This document shows positions 39,275-52,681 of a stretch of DNA of 64,000 nt, one piece after another. The translations under genes and the position numbers were made by a program. The notes under the pieces were generated by a model that was given only the letters and a program-made list of their open reading frames with translations, made no database searches and was not told the origin of the DNA. Positions within the stretch are counted from its first letter, which is position 1; each line of letters opens with the position of its first letter. Source of the DNA: Eledone cirrhosa (Eukaryota); assembly GCA_964016885.1 (NCBI GenBank), contig OZ024741.1:192944001-193008000 (forward strand), given 5' to 3'.

Positions 39275-40860
39275 AACAATGACAAAAAACAAAGAAAGTC
39301 TAAATTGAGAAGTAAACCAATTTGGAGGAATAGAATTGAAAATGATTTTGACCTAATGAGTAGGAAAATATCTTTACTGAATGAGTTAATCACTGGAAAT
39401 GATATAAGATCCAGGAAGGGAAGAAATCTAAAGAGAAAATATGGACTTTTTTCTTGAGTACAGATATCAATAAAGGATACTCTGAAACAAAAAGTCCAAG
39501 TAAAAGCCCAACGAATTCGTAGATTTGAGAAGCGAAACAACTTCTACATGCAAAATAAGTTGTTCCCATCCAATGTCAAGTCATTTTATTGAGAAATAAG
39601 AAAGGCTAAAATAACTATTGAAGAAATTGAAGACTTTTGGAGAAATATTTGGAATGATGAGAAGTCACATAATGCTAATGTATATTGGATTAGACGCTTG
39701 GAAAAATTCTACACAAATTTACAAGAACAGGCATGGAAAGATATCTTTATAGGATACTTAAGGACAGCACTCAATAAAGCTCATAAATGGAAATCTCCTG
39801 GTAGAGATAGGGTGCCAAATTTCTGGCTTTCCTCACTCCGGTCCACTCACAATATATTAGTCAAACTGTTCAACGGAATTATGAAAGATCTCCAAAAGCA
39901 CCTGACTGGATAGAAAGTGGCCTTACTTACCTTCTCCCAAAGAACAGTGAAACTAAGGATAAAAAAAAAGCTATCGGCCCATAACCTGCTTGTCCACCAC
40001 TTATAAGCTATTAACCTCTATTCTCATGGAGAAATGGAGAAAACACGTGTTTTTGGAGGAGAACAATCTTTGCCCAATTGAACAAAAAGGGTGTCGACGA
40101 GGTTCATATGGTTGTAAAGATCAACTCTTGATTAATCGTATGATCCTTGAGAACTGTCATAATAAACACGGAATTGTCAGTTCTGCATGGATCGACTACA
40201 AAAAAAGTTTTTGACAGCTTACCGCACTCATGGATTCTGAAATCACTGAAATCTTCAAAATCTCACCTGTGATTTCAAACTTCCTGAAACACAATATGTC
40301 ATTGTGGAACACAAGTCTCCAATTATTTCATTCCAATCGAGTACTAAGTTCTAAGAATATAAACATCAACTGTGACATTTTCCAAGGTGACTCACTTTCA
40401 CTCTTACATTTGTGCATAGCTTTAATACACTTTACATCCGAACTTAATAGAACAGGGTACGGTTACAAAGCTGAAAACAAGAAAATAAGCCACTTATTTT
40501 ATATGGATGATTTAAAGCTATATTGCAAAGGCAATGACGAGCTGGATGTAAAAACATTTAGTGATGACGTCAGGATGGAGTTTGGACGTGATAATTTTGC
40601 CAAAGTCACTTTCAAGAAGGGGAACCTTGTTAACTCAAACTCAGTTGAATTAGATGCTGAAACAGTCATAAAAGAACTTGAGCAGGAACACACCTATAAA
40701 TACTTAGGGATTAATGAGGGCTCTGGCATTCAGCATGCAAGTATGAAAGAGAGGATAAGGAAGGAATGTTACAGGAGAGTACGCACAGTTCTGAAATCTT
40801 AACTAAATGCTCATAACAAGATTTTAACCATACATTCATTGGCATTTCCAGTTGTCACTT
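39275..40860 (+). mobile_element. R4/Dong fragment (RT region)
   Basis: WKSPGRD, YRPITCL, EQKGCRRGSYGCKDQLLIN, WIDYKK, IFQGDSLS, HLFYMDDLKLY, YKYLG, ERIRKECYRRVR. Starts at taataataac. Confidence 0.9.
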
Positions 40861-42640
40861 TGCCTCATTGGCATTAAATGTGTACTTCTTCCTACTTAGA
40901 AAAGCATAGCCAGATTAGGCCTGTTTTGTCGCTTCAATCTCGCCGCTCTCACCCTTCTTTCATATTACATACTAAAAGGCAACATTTCCCTCTCTACCCC
41001 TACGTCCTCTTCAAGTGGAACTTGAAGAAGTTGATGAAGGTTTAGCCACAGAGGAAAGATCTTGTCCTCAATCCTTTTAAGCGAGTCCACCATACCACTT
41101 CCTTCGCCATAGCTACCAGACAGGGGAAAATTGGCGTGCCTCTTTTCTAAAAGAAGTTACTGGTAGTTCAATGTTCACTATAGACTCGACTGAGAGCCGG
41201 ATCTGTACCATACACGGTACAATTGTTCGACACAAGCTCATAACTTTGCAATGCACGTGCACTGGGCGATAGAATGCAGGAGGGTTCCGCCGCCCCGTGT
41301 GTATCTCGGATAAGTCTGGCTGTTAGTATTTCCGTGCGTGTAGAAATTTCTCTCGAACTGTAGTTGTCCCTCTAGCACTGCTATGCCAAGGATGTTTGGA
41401 GATTGTCCATGATCACCGACCTGAAAATCTAGAAGAGTCTGATTAGATGTTTCACGCTCCCAGACCACTGTCTCTTTTACCTTCCACTAACCCTCTATAG
41501 AAAGCCACCTCTCTTGCTGTTCAGTTCTTAAAGTGCCTGACAACACTCAATATACCATTCGCCCAACCTTAGTCTACACTTAACCGACGAGTGTAGCTCG
41601 GTTAGAGAGACGAGATGGCGGAAGACATGTCGCACGGTTGGGCTTCACTTTCATTGTTGCAGTCCTCGAGGTAGTTCCAGAGGTGCATTAGCCGTCACAC
41701 AAACCTGTGCATCAATAGTGATGGCATCCCGAGAGGTAGATGTTAGTAACAAATAGATTTTATAATCCGCAAGACTTATCTTTTCCATAAAAATTGGAAG
41801 AGCATGCGGTCTAATCTGGTCAGGTATTTTGGGAGATGGCGTGATGGACAGGCGGTATAATCCCACTCAAGCAATGTAAGTGTTTGCCACTCCAGTCCGT
41901 TCTCTGAGGAACATATTTCTCTCTGCCCATTTGTGGGGGAGATTGGCTACTTTTGCCGTGACCTCTTCCCAGTTCTTGTCTACCTGGAGGTCGGTCCTAA
42001 TCTGACTCCAAGCATTGTGACCGGACTGTCGGTCCATCGTCACAGATTTTACTGGCTGGCATGGACCTGCCTCTCCACATACCGAGTGTCAAGCTCACTA
42101 ATTTGTTTCAGTTAATACAGGCTCCATTAATCTGCTGGTATTCTTTCAGTATAGTGCCGACTACTTCTATATATGAAGTATCTGGCACCACAACAATGAT
42201 GTCGATTGCCTACGCAGACACTGCCCTCCTGTATCTATATTCTATTGGAATTCCTTTCAACTTGTCTCTTCTCCTCGGCCAGGTGGATAAAAATCGGGTG
42301 ATGGTATTGAGAAGATTTGTCACACTCACCTAGAAATGGGCTAAAAGGAAGCTGTTCTTGAAAGGTCGAGCGGAGGTAGCGATCACGTATATCGTTTCCG
42401 TAATATCCACTGACCCTCGTGCCTTGCCCCTGTCCGCGCCTCACCAGATTGGAGCGACTGCTAGATAATTTTGTAGTCTTACAATACATATGTAATAGTT
42501 ATTTTCTAGTTGTAAACGATCCCGAAATCCCTGTATTCTTGATAGGTATAGTAGTTTTGTTTGAGGATCTCCTTGGAAATACCTTAAAGCGCAGTTTCCC
42601 CTTATTGAGATACTCTTACTAGTTGACATTTGTTTATTGT
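40860..42640 (-). mobile_element. Older decayed L1/Tx1 ORF2 fragment
   Basis: Minus strand: SAYA.DI near 42210, FFKFHLKR-like near 41020, and homology to the neighbouring Tx1 copies. Confidence 0.7.
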
Positions 42641-42809
42641 TTTACATTCTTATCATGACTATTTATTACAATTACTCATATTGTTATACCTCCTGTTTAC
42701 CTTTTGATACAGTCCCATTTCCTTTATGATGCTTTTGCTCTTATATTGTCCCCAATATCTTGAACACTTATGGCCAATAAAAGAAATCACTATCATTATT
42801 TCTTGTATG

Positions 42810-43205
42810 GGAGGGCGGTGGATGGCAGTATCGGTAGAGGGTCGGACGCCATGCTTTGCAACAAAAATTTACGGCCCTTGCCATTCTGAGTTCAAATCCC
42901 GCCGAGGTTAACTTTGCCTTTCATCCTTACGGGGTCGATAAAATAAAGTACCAGTAATACACTGGGATAATTGCTGGCCTTGTGCCAAAAGTAGAAACAA
43001 TAATTTCTTGTATGAGCGGTGGATTGGTAGCATCGGTGGAGGGTCGGACCCCATGCTTTACAGTATAGAGTTACGGCCCTTTACGGTCTGAGTTCAAATC
43101 CTGCCGAGGTTAACTTTGCCTTTCATCCTTACGGGGTCGATGAAATAAAGTACCAGTAATGCACTGGGATAATTGCTGGCCTTGTGCCAAATGTAGAAAC
43201 AATTA
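42810..43205 (+). mobile_element. Two tandem main-family SINEs, the first with a 12-bp TSD
   Basis: TSD atttcttgtatg at 42798-42809 and 43003-43014. They sit just after a Tx1-like 3' end (tggccaataaaagaaatc, ~42771-42788). Confidence 0.9.
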
Positions 43206-44775
43206 TTTTCGTTGCTGCTGTGGCTGTTACTATATTCGTCATTGTTATTGTTGCTTGTTTGTGTTGTATCTTTTGTTTTTGTTGTGATGGTAGTGTTGTT
43301 GATAATGTTAGCGGTGACATTGTTGTTAGTGCTGTTGCTGTTGCTTTTGGCTGGGCTATTGCTCACTGTTGTGGCGATGGGGGTGGCAGCATTCACGGTG
43401 GCAGACTTTGGCAGTGGCGGGAAACCCAGTTCGTACATACCTCATGAGCACGTAATTTTTGATGTTGGTTACTATTGTTGTTGGTGATGGTTCTTCTATG
43501 CTGCCCCTGCTGCTGATACTGTTTTTGTTGTTGCTGCTGTTGGTGGTGAAATGTTGATGTTGGTGGTGACGTTAGTGTTTTCGTGCATCATGCTTTTGTT
43601 TATTTTTAGGAGAAGACTCTTCGATATCTACCATCTTTCTTTCTTTTTATTTATTGGGGTGAAATGAAGTAAATACAGCTTTAGCTCTTTAGGGGCTAGA
43701 GATAAGGGAAAACCGCCAATCTCCTTGGAAGTTAATCGGTATAAACACAGAAATGTATAAAAGTTTCTAACAAAACCGACCCAGTAACAGCTGAATATTA
43801 ACAAAACTCCTACAGGCACTACACACATATTATGTTGATTACCTTTAATACAATAAAAAACATAAAATGAAAATAAGACTGCATGTAATCAAAGCAAACA
43901 GAGTTGCGCCTGGTCGTGCAGTGAAAGCTACAAAAATATTTGAAAGCAAAATAGAACAATTTCTTATATATGATTACATAGGTATAAGCAAAATGTTTCT
44001 GCATATATTAGCATTAGTACAGAAATCAGCTAACACAGCAACAAGTGGATTTACCCGTATGATAGTTGCTGCCTTTTTGAAATATCTGCAAGCAACTTCT
44101 TATCTACTTTCAAAGTAGTTCTCAGACATAGCACTAAATTACACATGATATGTTTCACATAGAGTTAAATACAATTGATGTAGAAAGACAGCTAAAATAA
44201 TCCCCATTAATTTCAAAATTTCTGTCAGGAGTTGCAACCGGTAGATAGTATCAGCAATAGAAAGACTAATGGAAACATTGTTTCCTTGGTTCAATTTGAC
44301 GAGTTCCACTCCACACGATTGGCGAATGAGTCCTGGGATCTTGTCGATCGAAATACTTATTCGGGTGCAAGTACCATTGTGTACTTAACTCATTCGTTAC
44401 ACGATATGAAGAAGAGATACGTTATTAGAAAAACTTGAAATGAAAATATTTACCCTGAATTTCAGAAATATTTCATTCCTTTAATATTGTAATAGCTCCC
44501 ATATTATTTTAATATTACATTCGCATGACCGAGTCCCTTTACTGAAAAGGTTTATAGCGAAAGGGATTATATTATTTTACAGACAAATCGAACTTTTGTG
44601 ATGTGCATTCAATAGTGTTTACGGATAATACTATGATATATCATATTTTTTCTGGTGCCCGTTTCTCATTGCTTTGCTGAAGATAGCGTCCTAGGTGTAT
44701 ATATTTTTATAAGGGTTTCTTGGAAAATACGCAAAATATATATTTATTTTATATATGCATTGTTTTATTGTCTTA

Positions 44776-47700
44776 CTAGCTGAATGACCCGGCGTTGCCC
44801 GGGTTACTGCTGTTTTTATTCAGATTAGGAAACAATAAATATGAAGAATTTTTTTTTCTCATATTCATTTTACATAAAATATGTCAAAGTTGTAATGATA
44901 ATAGAATTTAGAAATGAAAATCTCTTCAACCCGGTTTTACCATCTTCTTTTCTCAACCAAGAAACCAACAAAAATCACAAAAAGGGAACACAAAAAAATA
45001 TATATATTAAGAATAGCAAACAGAAATCGTAATAAATTTTCTGTCGAAAACAAAAATACAGCCAAAAAACAGTTTTTTTTTAACGGATGATAAAGTACTG
45101 TAAAGTTGTTGGAAGAGCCTGATAGAATGAGATGAGCAACAGCCAGAAGCACAGCAGCAGCAGTATTTCAAACTGTCCACCATTTAGGGTCGTAATCTTC
45201 AGTTTCGATATCAGATTTATGACAGAGGTATATCGTGAATTATTGAATTTTATCGATTTTTTTGCGTAATTGGGGATCAATTTTAAATATATAAATTCTG
45301 CATGACCTAATTGAAGCTATTTCGAATATTGATAAGTAATTTTCCATTGAAGGAGGTGTTTTATTTTAATCGTATAGAAAAGGAACATGCACACACACTC
45401 GCTTTTATAGATAATGATATATATATATCTGTATGTGAGTGTGTGTATGTGTTTGTATATATATAAACTCTTTTTGTGTTAAATCATCTCAGTGGTAATG
45501 CACGTTACAGGACCTCTTTGTAGACTATGTTGCGGGTCATACCGTTGGGTGTGTATGAAAAAAGGGAGTCCTTACTCCCAACTCGCGAGCAAGGAACATA
45601 AAGTTGGCCATGAGCAAAGCAGGGCTCTTTTAGATGAATGCCCGCCACGGACAAAGTTTGACCCTGAGATTTGTTTATGGTGATCGCGAAGCAGGGCCTT
45701 ACGGGAAACTGATGTCGTCTAAAACCTATCGGGATGTCCGTGGTCGAAGGTTGGATGCTTAGCCTTGGGATCATGACGGTCTCACCTTTACCACAACCAG
45801 TTAAAATGGTTGCTTCAATGAGATGGTTCGTCATTGATTTGACTACCATTCGAGTGCCGTTGCACTGTTTTGGGGGGCGCATGTTACGCATAAGCATAAT
45901 CGGACTGCCGACCTTGAGCTTCAGGATGTGGGGTGGGAGACCTGGGAGGTCAAGGCTATTCAAAAACTCTACTGGGTAATCCGTCGCCTCCTGTGGATCG
46001 GTGACGCGGTCTATAGACTTAAAAAATTTCTCTTGGGCTGGAATCTTGCCGAGTAGCTCTTCGTTGAGAGCATTAACAGCAGAGTTTTGGGGGGCTAGCA
46101 TGGCTCTTGAACTAAGCCAATCTAAGTTAGTGTAGTTAACCTGTAGGTTTGGAAAAACAGCTTCTAAATGGGCCTGAGGTCTGTCAACTGTATTACTGAC
46201 AGATACCAGCGACACCTCACCCTTTTCGTTGGAAGGAAGTCGGCCTTCCCCTATAGCTAGGATGGCCTTGCCGAATTCAGCAGACGTGCTGTCCCCGAGC
46301 AACTGCGCCCGCATGTTAACGCTCAGGCGGCGTGTCCGAACGATAGGCCAAAGCGTCGACGACTTCAGGCATGCGCGGACTTCATCAGCCCTTGTCCCTT
46401 TGGGGATAACAGGCAGCGTTTGCCTGAAGTCACCCGAAAGCAGTAAAGTCACGCCACACAAGGGTGCCGAGGAGTTCCTGATATCTTTTAAACTCCTATC
46501 TAATGCCTCCAGAGCACCCTTATGTGCCATGGTGCATTCGTCCCACACAATGAGGCAACATTTTGCGAGAAGTACCGCTTTGTTGGAGTGCTTGCTAATG
46601 TTGCACGTCGGCGTATCAGTTCGTGCGAGGTCCAACGGAAGCTTAAAGGCAGAATGAGCCGTCTTCCCTCCAGGCAGCAAGGTAGCTGCGATCCCCGATG
46701 AGGCGACCGCAAGGGCAATCTTTTTTTGTTGTCGAAGACGCGCCAAAATGAGGGGGGTAACGAAAGTTTTGCCTGTACCGCCAGAGGCATCAAGAAAGAA
46801 GACACAACCTAATCCACCCAGTGCACTGTCAACGACAGTCTCATAAGCAACCCTTTGCTCGGGAAGAAGCTTACGTTCATTTTCATCTAGGAAAGTTGTC
46901 AACATGGCGACATCGTAAGATGTCTCCAACAGAATATCTGGACCCAGCACATTAACATTTTCCCTGCTGGCGGCTGGCAAGCCGTATGTTGGCAAGTCAT
47001 TCCTCCCTAGTTGAAGGAGCTCTTCTTGGATTGAAATTAGCCCTTGGTTGTAAATGATTTCGGTGAACCCCACTTCTAAAGACGGATTTTGCCGTTTGGC
47101 TGTGCGGAGGAAGTCCTCGCACAAATCGTCCCTGTACTTCAGCCAAAGGGCTGAAGGGTTAGCTAAGCCACAATTGTGCAGCAAAAAGGCAAACAGTTCC
47201 CTTAATTTCTGTGGGTATTTCAGCAGAGCACCATCGGCGAGGGTTGAGTCCCATTGGGAGTCATCTTCCAAGAGACGAAGCCTAAAGCAAGCTTCTCGAA
47301 AAGTGTTGCAAAGTTCCCCGTTTACTGTTTTTAAGTCAAAGAAACCTTGCGGCCCCTTGACCTCGTGCAGAAGAATGCGCAGGTGAAAGCACTCAGGTTG
47401 GGTTGGGGGAACCATGTAGACTCTACCGAGGCAGTCAGAAAATTTAACTCCCGGATGCGATTCAACTGCCTCACCAGTTTTTTCGCCGTACCCAGCTATT
47501 GCGGCGCCAAGTGAAGTAGGACGGCACCTGAGGGTAAATTAGAGTTCTCGCAAAAGCGTCTACGTGACAGAGCTTAAAGAAAGCGGTTAACGTGGTTTCT
47601 TTGGAGTTAGCCGCAACTTGAGCAGCATTTCCGGCCGTAAAATAAACCCGCTGTCCGTTCTCTAAGTGGACCGCCAGGTTTGTGATTTTGGGGGTACCTT

Positions 47701-50700
47701 TCATGGATAGAAAAACCAAAAATTCGCCAAAACGCTTCGTTTGTACTTATGTACCGGACCGATAGGTACTCACTGACCTCGTCCCGGTCGGACTGGAGGG
47801 CGAATGCGGCGGAATCGCAGCCCTTGTTGACGTACTTGCAAACATATTTAATCGATTTAACTGAGCTACAGAATTCCACATTAATGTGGGCTTGGAACGT
47901 CGAAGTGAGAAGTGGACAATAGGGGACCACCCATCGATTGTCGACTTACTTGCCCCTTACAATGGCAGTAAAACCACCGTGTTCAGGCGACCGGCGCCTG
48001 TACAGGGGATAGCCGTCATGCCCTGTCTGGGTCTCTGAAACAAATTTCCTAGGGTACCTCTTACTACAGATCCCGTCTTTCTGACACGAATGGTTAGAAC
48101 CCGGATAACAGGGTCCGTGTATCATGGAAGTCGTAACGACGTCGAAGAGTTCTTTGTCGGTGGCAGGGTTGGGGATCTCTGCGCAGATAAATTTGTCGAT
48201 GTCGTTGGAGTTGATCTTGTTCTGCAGCCACAGTAACAGATGAATGTGAGGCAGGCCCCGTTTCTGCCATTCTACGGTGTACGTATGGCATCTAGCAGGG
48301 CCGAAGATGTTGGCTTTTGCACAACATGCCTTCATTTTCTGTATGTTCCTCTCGAAAGCCCTCGCTATGAGGTCAAGGCGGTGGTGGTATGACTGCCCTG
48401 GAAGGAGTTCTCGGGTGATCTCATCCGCCTTCGGGTTGCACGTGAAGGTGATGAAGAGGTCAGGACGGCCGTAGGCCCGCACGTAGGTCATGGCGTCCTG
48501 AGTCCTCTCGTGCATGTACCGAGGCCCTCAGTGAAGGTAGAAGGCAGGATACAGTCCATGCCAATGTTTCAGGGATCCCCGTCGTTGGTCAAGCCGTCTC
48601 GCAGGTGTATGTAGCTTTCGCTACGCAGTTGCTGCTGGTGGGTTCGAATTAAGGCCAGTCGTTCTGACTCCATCTTTGCTGCCATATCCACTGCAAATTG
48701 GTTCAGTAGGTCCTGCGATCTGTGCAAACTGTTGAAACAGTTTCTCCGAGGCATGAGTCGGTATGCGTAAAATTCCTTGCAGGACACGGTTTGGGCGGCA
48801 ACAACGGAGGGCTGGTTTGGCTGGCAGTGTGGAGTCTTGAAGTTGTAGCCGTCCTCGCCGTGGGGGAAAAAGTAGAGGGTATTGGAGGCTGTCGTAGCAT
48901 CGGTGTGTTTCGCGTATTCTGTGGAGGCCAGTTGCACGGTTGGATATGACGATATCCCGGGGGTTGTGCTGGTCTCCGTGAAGGACGACTGCCACCTCGT
49001 TACACGCGGGCGCGTTGAATCGACGGGCGTGTTCTCCGGATGGTCTTTTGTCGGCATCGATGACAATGTTGAAGTTAGGCAGGTCAGTAGTCTCCAAGGT
49101 GTACTTGAAGCTCTGCACGTAGCTGTTTTCGGAGTATAGCATTTGCTGCAGCGCAAGGAGGACGTCTCTGTCCAGGTTCTCTCTAGTGCCATCAGGCTGG
49201 GATGACAGATGAGCGCATGTCAGCCTGCTTGTTGTAGTCAGCTATGAAGTAAATTTGTAGGAAGGCGGGTTGCGCTGACGGCGCAGGCTGTAGAGGACCG
49301 ACATAGTGGTAAACCTGGCCCTGAACCTTAAAGGTTGGCATCCACCCGCTTTCTCGGACAATTTTGGCCCCGAACGAAGTCATCTGGAAGGCGCAGTTGT
49401 ATTTCCTTATGTTGCCAAGGAAGTCTGTTGACGTAGAGGTCTCTCCGCTAAGAAGTTCTCGCAAAGGTTCTGGAGGGGCCGCCAAAGGAGGAAGTGAAAC
49501 CTTCCCATTAGAGCAGCACAGGCCAGGTGGTTCTCCGGGCCACTTCTCTGCACTACAGAATTGGCATATGACATCCATCCTGCCTAGTTGAATGTCCGTA
49601 CGGTCGGAGTATTTTACTGTTGGATCGTAGTTGAAAGCCTTCATAAGACAAAATGACTGATGTGGACTCGTTGTTCCTCTGGCGGTGTCTCTTCGTGCGT
49701 TGTTTGTGTCCAACCGAGCACGGCGGGCTGTTTGATGTTCTGCGGCACGGGAGGCGGCGGTGGATACAGCGTTCTGGGACCTTCGGATGGCTGTCTGTAT
49801 CTCGGTGTGGGATGCTCTGGCAGCTGCGGTGGAGGCGGATTCCTTTGACCTTCGGATGGCTGTCTCCTGGTCGGTTTCTGCGGCACGGGAGGCGGCGGTT
49901 GAAGCAGCGTTCTTTGACCGTCTGGTGGCTGTTTGCTGTTTAGTTTCGGAGGCCTTTGCAGCAGCAGTAGTTGCAGCATTCCTAGCCCTACGAAGAGCTC
50001 TTTGGCTGTCACTCTCTGCTGCCCTAGAGGCGGCTGTTGCAACTGCATTCCGACAATTACGAATGGCACGATTCGAAGCGGTAACTGTAGATAGAGAGGC
50101 GCTGGGTTGGGTTGTGCTAGGGGTACTTAAGTTTGAAAGCGAAGTAACAGGGGTTTGTGGCCAAAAATGCAGTCCGGCATCCGTAGACTGCTCATTCAAT
50201 CGCCTCTTTTTTGAAACAACAGACGATGTTTTCCTACGGCTAAGGGTACTCTTTCTTTTCAGTGGCATGGTTGCAATAGTACAGTAAACAGTAAAGGGGA
50301 AGCAGGTTTAGAGCAAAGGCAAAAAAGCGAAGGTGATAAGCAGTATTTTGGGGAAGATAAAAAAAAGTGACAAATTGTTACAATTTTAAGCAAGAAAAAA
50401 GTAAACAAAAACATACTGGGAATGGCAAAGTTCGAAAGCGAGGTCACAAAATGTAATGCAGTGAGAGTGAAACACACGTCTACTCAGTAGCCTAACCAAG
50501 TAGCAAGTGTAGCGTTTGAAAACCAAAGCTTTGCAGGCCACTCAAATCAACGATAAGAGTCTGCAGAATTTTTTGATAGCAGTCATGCCAAAACAGAATA
50601 AAAGCTGCCACCTTCAGCCGTCCAGGAAATTTTTTTTTATTCAAGGCGAAAATTTGTCCACTTCTCGACCGAAAGAAAACAAAAACTGACTCAACTGGTG

Positions 50701-51530
50701 CCAGGTGGTCAGAACTGGCAGGAACTGGTTTGTGTCACGTGAAGCTGTAACTATAGCAACAGTGGTTCCTTCGGTCTCAAAGACCAAAGTAAGTGGAGAG
50801 GGGAAGGTAATGTTACTGTAACACCAACAACGTCTCTCTCTATATTCCTCGCTCAATAAAGAAGGGGGAGGGGGAAGGTAATGTTACTATAGCAACAGTG
50901 GTTCGCTCACTGACCAAAGTGGAGAGGGGAATGTAATATTTCTGTGACACCCAAAACTTCTCTCTCTATCTTCCTCTCTCTCACTCTTATCATAAAATTT
51001 TAGTCTCCTTAGATATTTGCATTGGCATTACTGGTTTATAACAGCAACTGCTCATATACCTTTTACTGACCTGACCTATTTTCACCCCTAAAATAACTTT
51101 CTCATTCTTCACACTCCATTCAAAACTGAAATCTGCCTTATTCTACCCCTAAAATAAGCTTCAATTACTACTATTTTACCATTTGGCCAATTATTAACTT
51201 TCTATTGGTTAATTCTAAACCTCTTACCAAACAGACAGAATATATTAGATCTTTGTTGGTTTTATTCAATGAACAAATATAATTATTTCTTACGTCAGCA
51301 TACGACCTATTTTCATCCCTAAAATAATCTTTCATTCATAATATTCTTTTCCATCCAAAACTGAAATCTACCTTCCTCTACCCATAATTTAAGGTTCTTC
51401 TACTACTATATTACTATCTTGACCCTCACTATCTCTCTATTGGTCAATTCAAAACCTGTTCCCAAACAGACCTATTGTATTGAATCTTTGTTTTTTTCAA
51501 TAAACAAATATCATTATTTCTGAAGACAGC
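44776..51530 (-). mobile_element. Autonomous-type Helitron (RepHel), inactivated; ends approximate
   Basis: 3' end cccgggcaacgccgggtcattcagCTAG at 44776, RepHel ORF at 50268-45505, and duplicated blocks upstream (51070-51300 and 51304-51520). Confidence 0.85.
45505..50268 (-). pseudogene. Helitron Rep/PIF1-helicase polyprotein broken by about 6-7 lesions
   Basis: Zn region CQFC..CCSNG, IRKYNCAFQMTSFG; HUH Rep motifs PDLFITFTCNP, VEWQKRGLPHIHLL, YVCKYVNKG; PIF1 motifs GGTGKT, WDECTM, GDFRQTLPV, TINKSQGQTL, HGQLYV. Frameshifts near 49195, 48865, 48570-48530, 47695 and 47480; stop at 47946. Confidence 0.95.
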
Positions 51531-51806
51531 GCATATATATGTGTAGGTATGTATATTCCCTCTGATAGTTTGTATAAATATTGTACATAGATCTATAGAA
51601 TATGCATACCAACTCTAACACATATATATCCTAGAAACGATCGTAAAATGATGAATTTTTTTTAATATAAGGAACTGTTTCTTTGTTTATTCATTATTTT
51701 ATTAATTTATCTTGACTCTGTTTTCCGTTAATTTTCACCGATATCCGGATTACATTGAGTTCTTCATACGGATTGGACACTACCGTTAATTTTTGTTGGA
51801 TTTATC

Positions 51807-51855
<49 letters not shown>

Positions 51856-51905
51856 GGTGTTGGATGCTTAAAGCGTCCGTATGCGGTAGGCCGTATGAGG
51901 ACCCG

Positions 51906-52162
51906 ATATCACAGAAAAAAAAGAGAATCAGTGTTGTGACGAAGCGACGAATGGAATTTATTGGACATATTACAATCGTTTCTCTGGCGACCAGAGATTT
52001 TCCTAGGAAAATCTGCTTCGTAGAATCAAGACGTATCTGAGGACCTTGCGATTTTTAGGGTCAGGTTCGATCGTGCCTCGAGCTGGGCGCCAGAAAAACG
52101 ATTGTAATATGTCCAATAAATTCCATTCGTCGCAACACTGATTCTCTTTTTTTCTGTGATAT
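51906..52162. repeat. Inverted repeat (~75-80-bp arms) with small palindromes in the spacer
   Basis: atatcacagaaaaaaaagagaatcagtgttg..aatcgtttctctggcg pairs with cgccagaaaaacgatt..ctgtgatat. Confidence 0.88.
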
Positions 52163-52354
52163 ATATATATATTCGTTTTTGAATTTGTCTTGCGAGATTT
52201 CTTATGTGAAAACGTGTGTTGAGACAGATACTTTTGGAGGCTCATGTTGCCAATGAAAACACACGCACCTGTTGGTTTTCACTTCAATTTATTACATGTT
52301 TCCGGTTGGTTCGCTGGTTGATTGGTTCGATAACCGGAAGGTTGTTTATATATT

Positions 52355-52397
52355 GTCAAAGCTCTTTCGTCACGCATTCTGTGACCTCCTCAGTGAC
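52355..52397 (-). ncRNA. Minimal type I hammerhead ribozyme
   Basis: Minus strand reads gtca CTGAGGA g gtcac agaatgc gtgac GAAA gagc TT tgac. Confidence 0.8.
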
Positions 52398-52501
52398 TAG
52401 CTTTTTATTTGTGTGTGTGTGTGTGTCCTTTGTTTTGTCCTACATCATCTTGTTTTTGGTGTAGGACAGAACAAGGGATAGGCACAACAAATAAAAACCT
52501 A

Positions 52502-52544
52502 GTCACTGAGGAGGTCACAGAATGTGTGACGAAAGAGCTTTGGC
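52502..52544 (+). ncRNA. Minimal type I hammerhead ribozyme
   Basis: gtca CTGAGGA g gtcaca gaatg tgtgac GAAA gagc TT tggc. Confidence 0.8.
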
Positions 52545-52681
52545 AATATATAAACAAACTTCCGGTTATTGAACCAACCAACCGGAAACTTATAATAAAT
52601 TGAAGTGAAAACCAACAGGTGTGTGTGTTTTTATTGGCAGGATGTCCCTCCCAACGTATAACTATATATATATATATATAG

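Larger units (their letters stand above)
52248..52639. repeat. Long imperfect foldback (~190-bp arms) with a hammerhead in each arm
   Basis: Centre near 52450 (gtcctacatca..tggtgtaggac). Confidence 0.92.

Noticed and set aside
44670-44700. Isolated CUGANGA heptamers (also ~29222 minus, ~45196 minus, ~51520)
   Set aside because: No paired stem II and GAAA in the right register.
29890-51530. Uni-strand piRNA cluster suggested by the minus-strand bias of TEs
   Set aside because: Orientation is mixed across the window and is largely explained by target polarity; small-RNA data would be needed.
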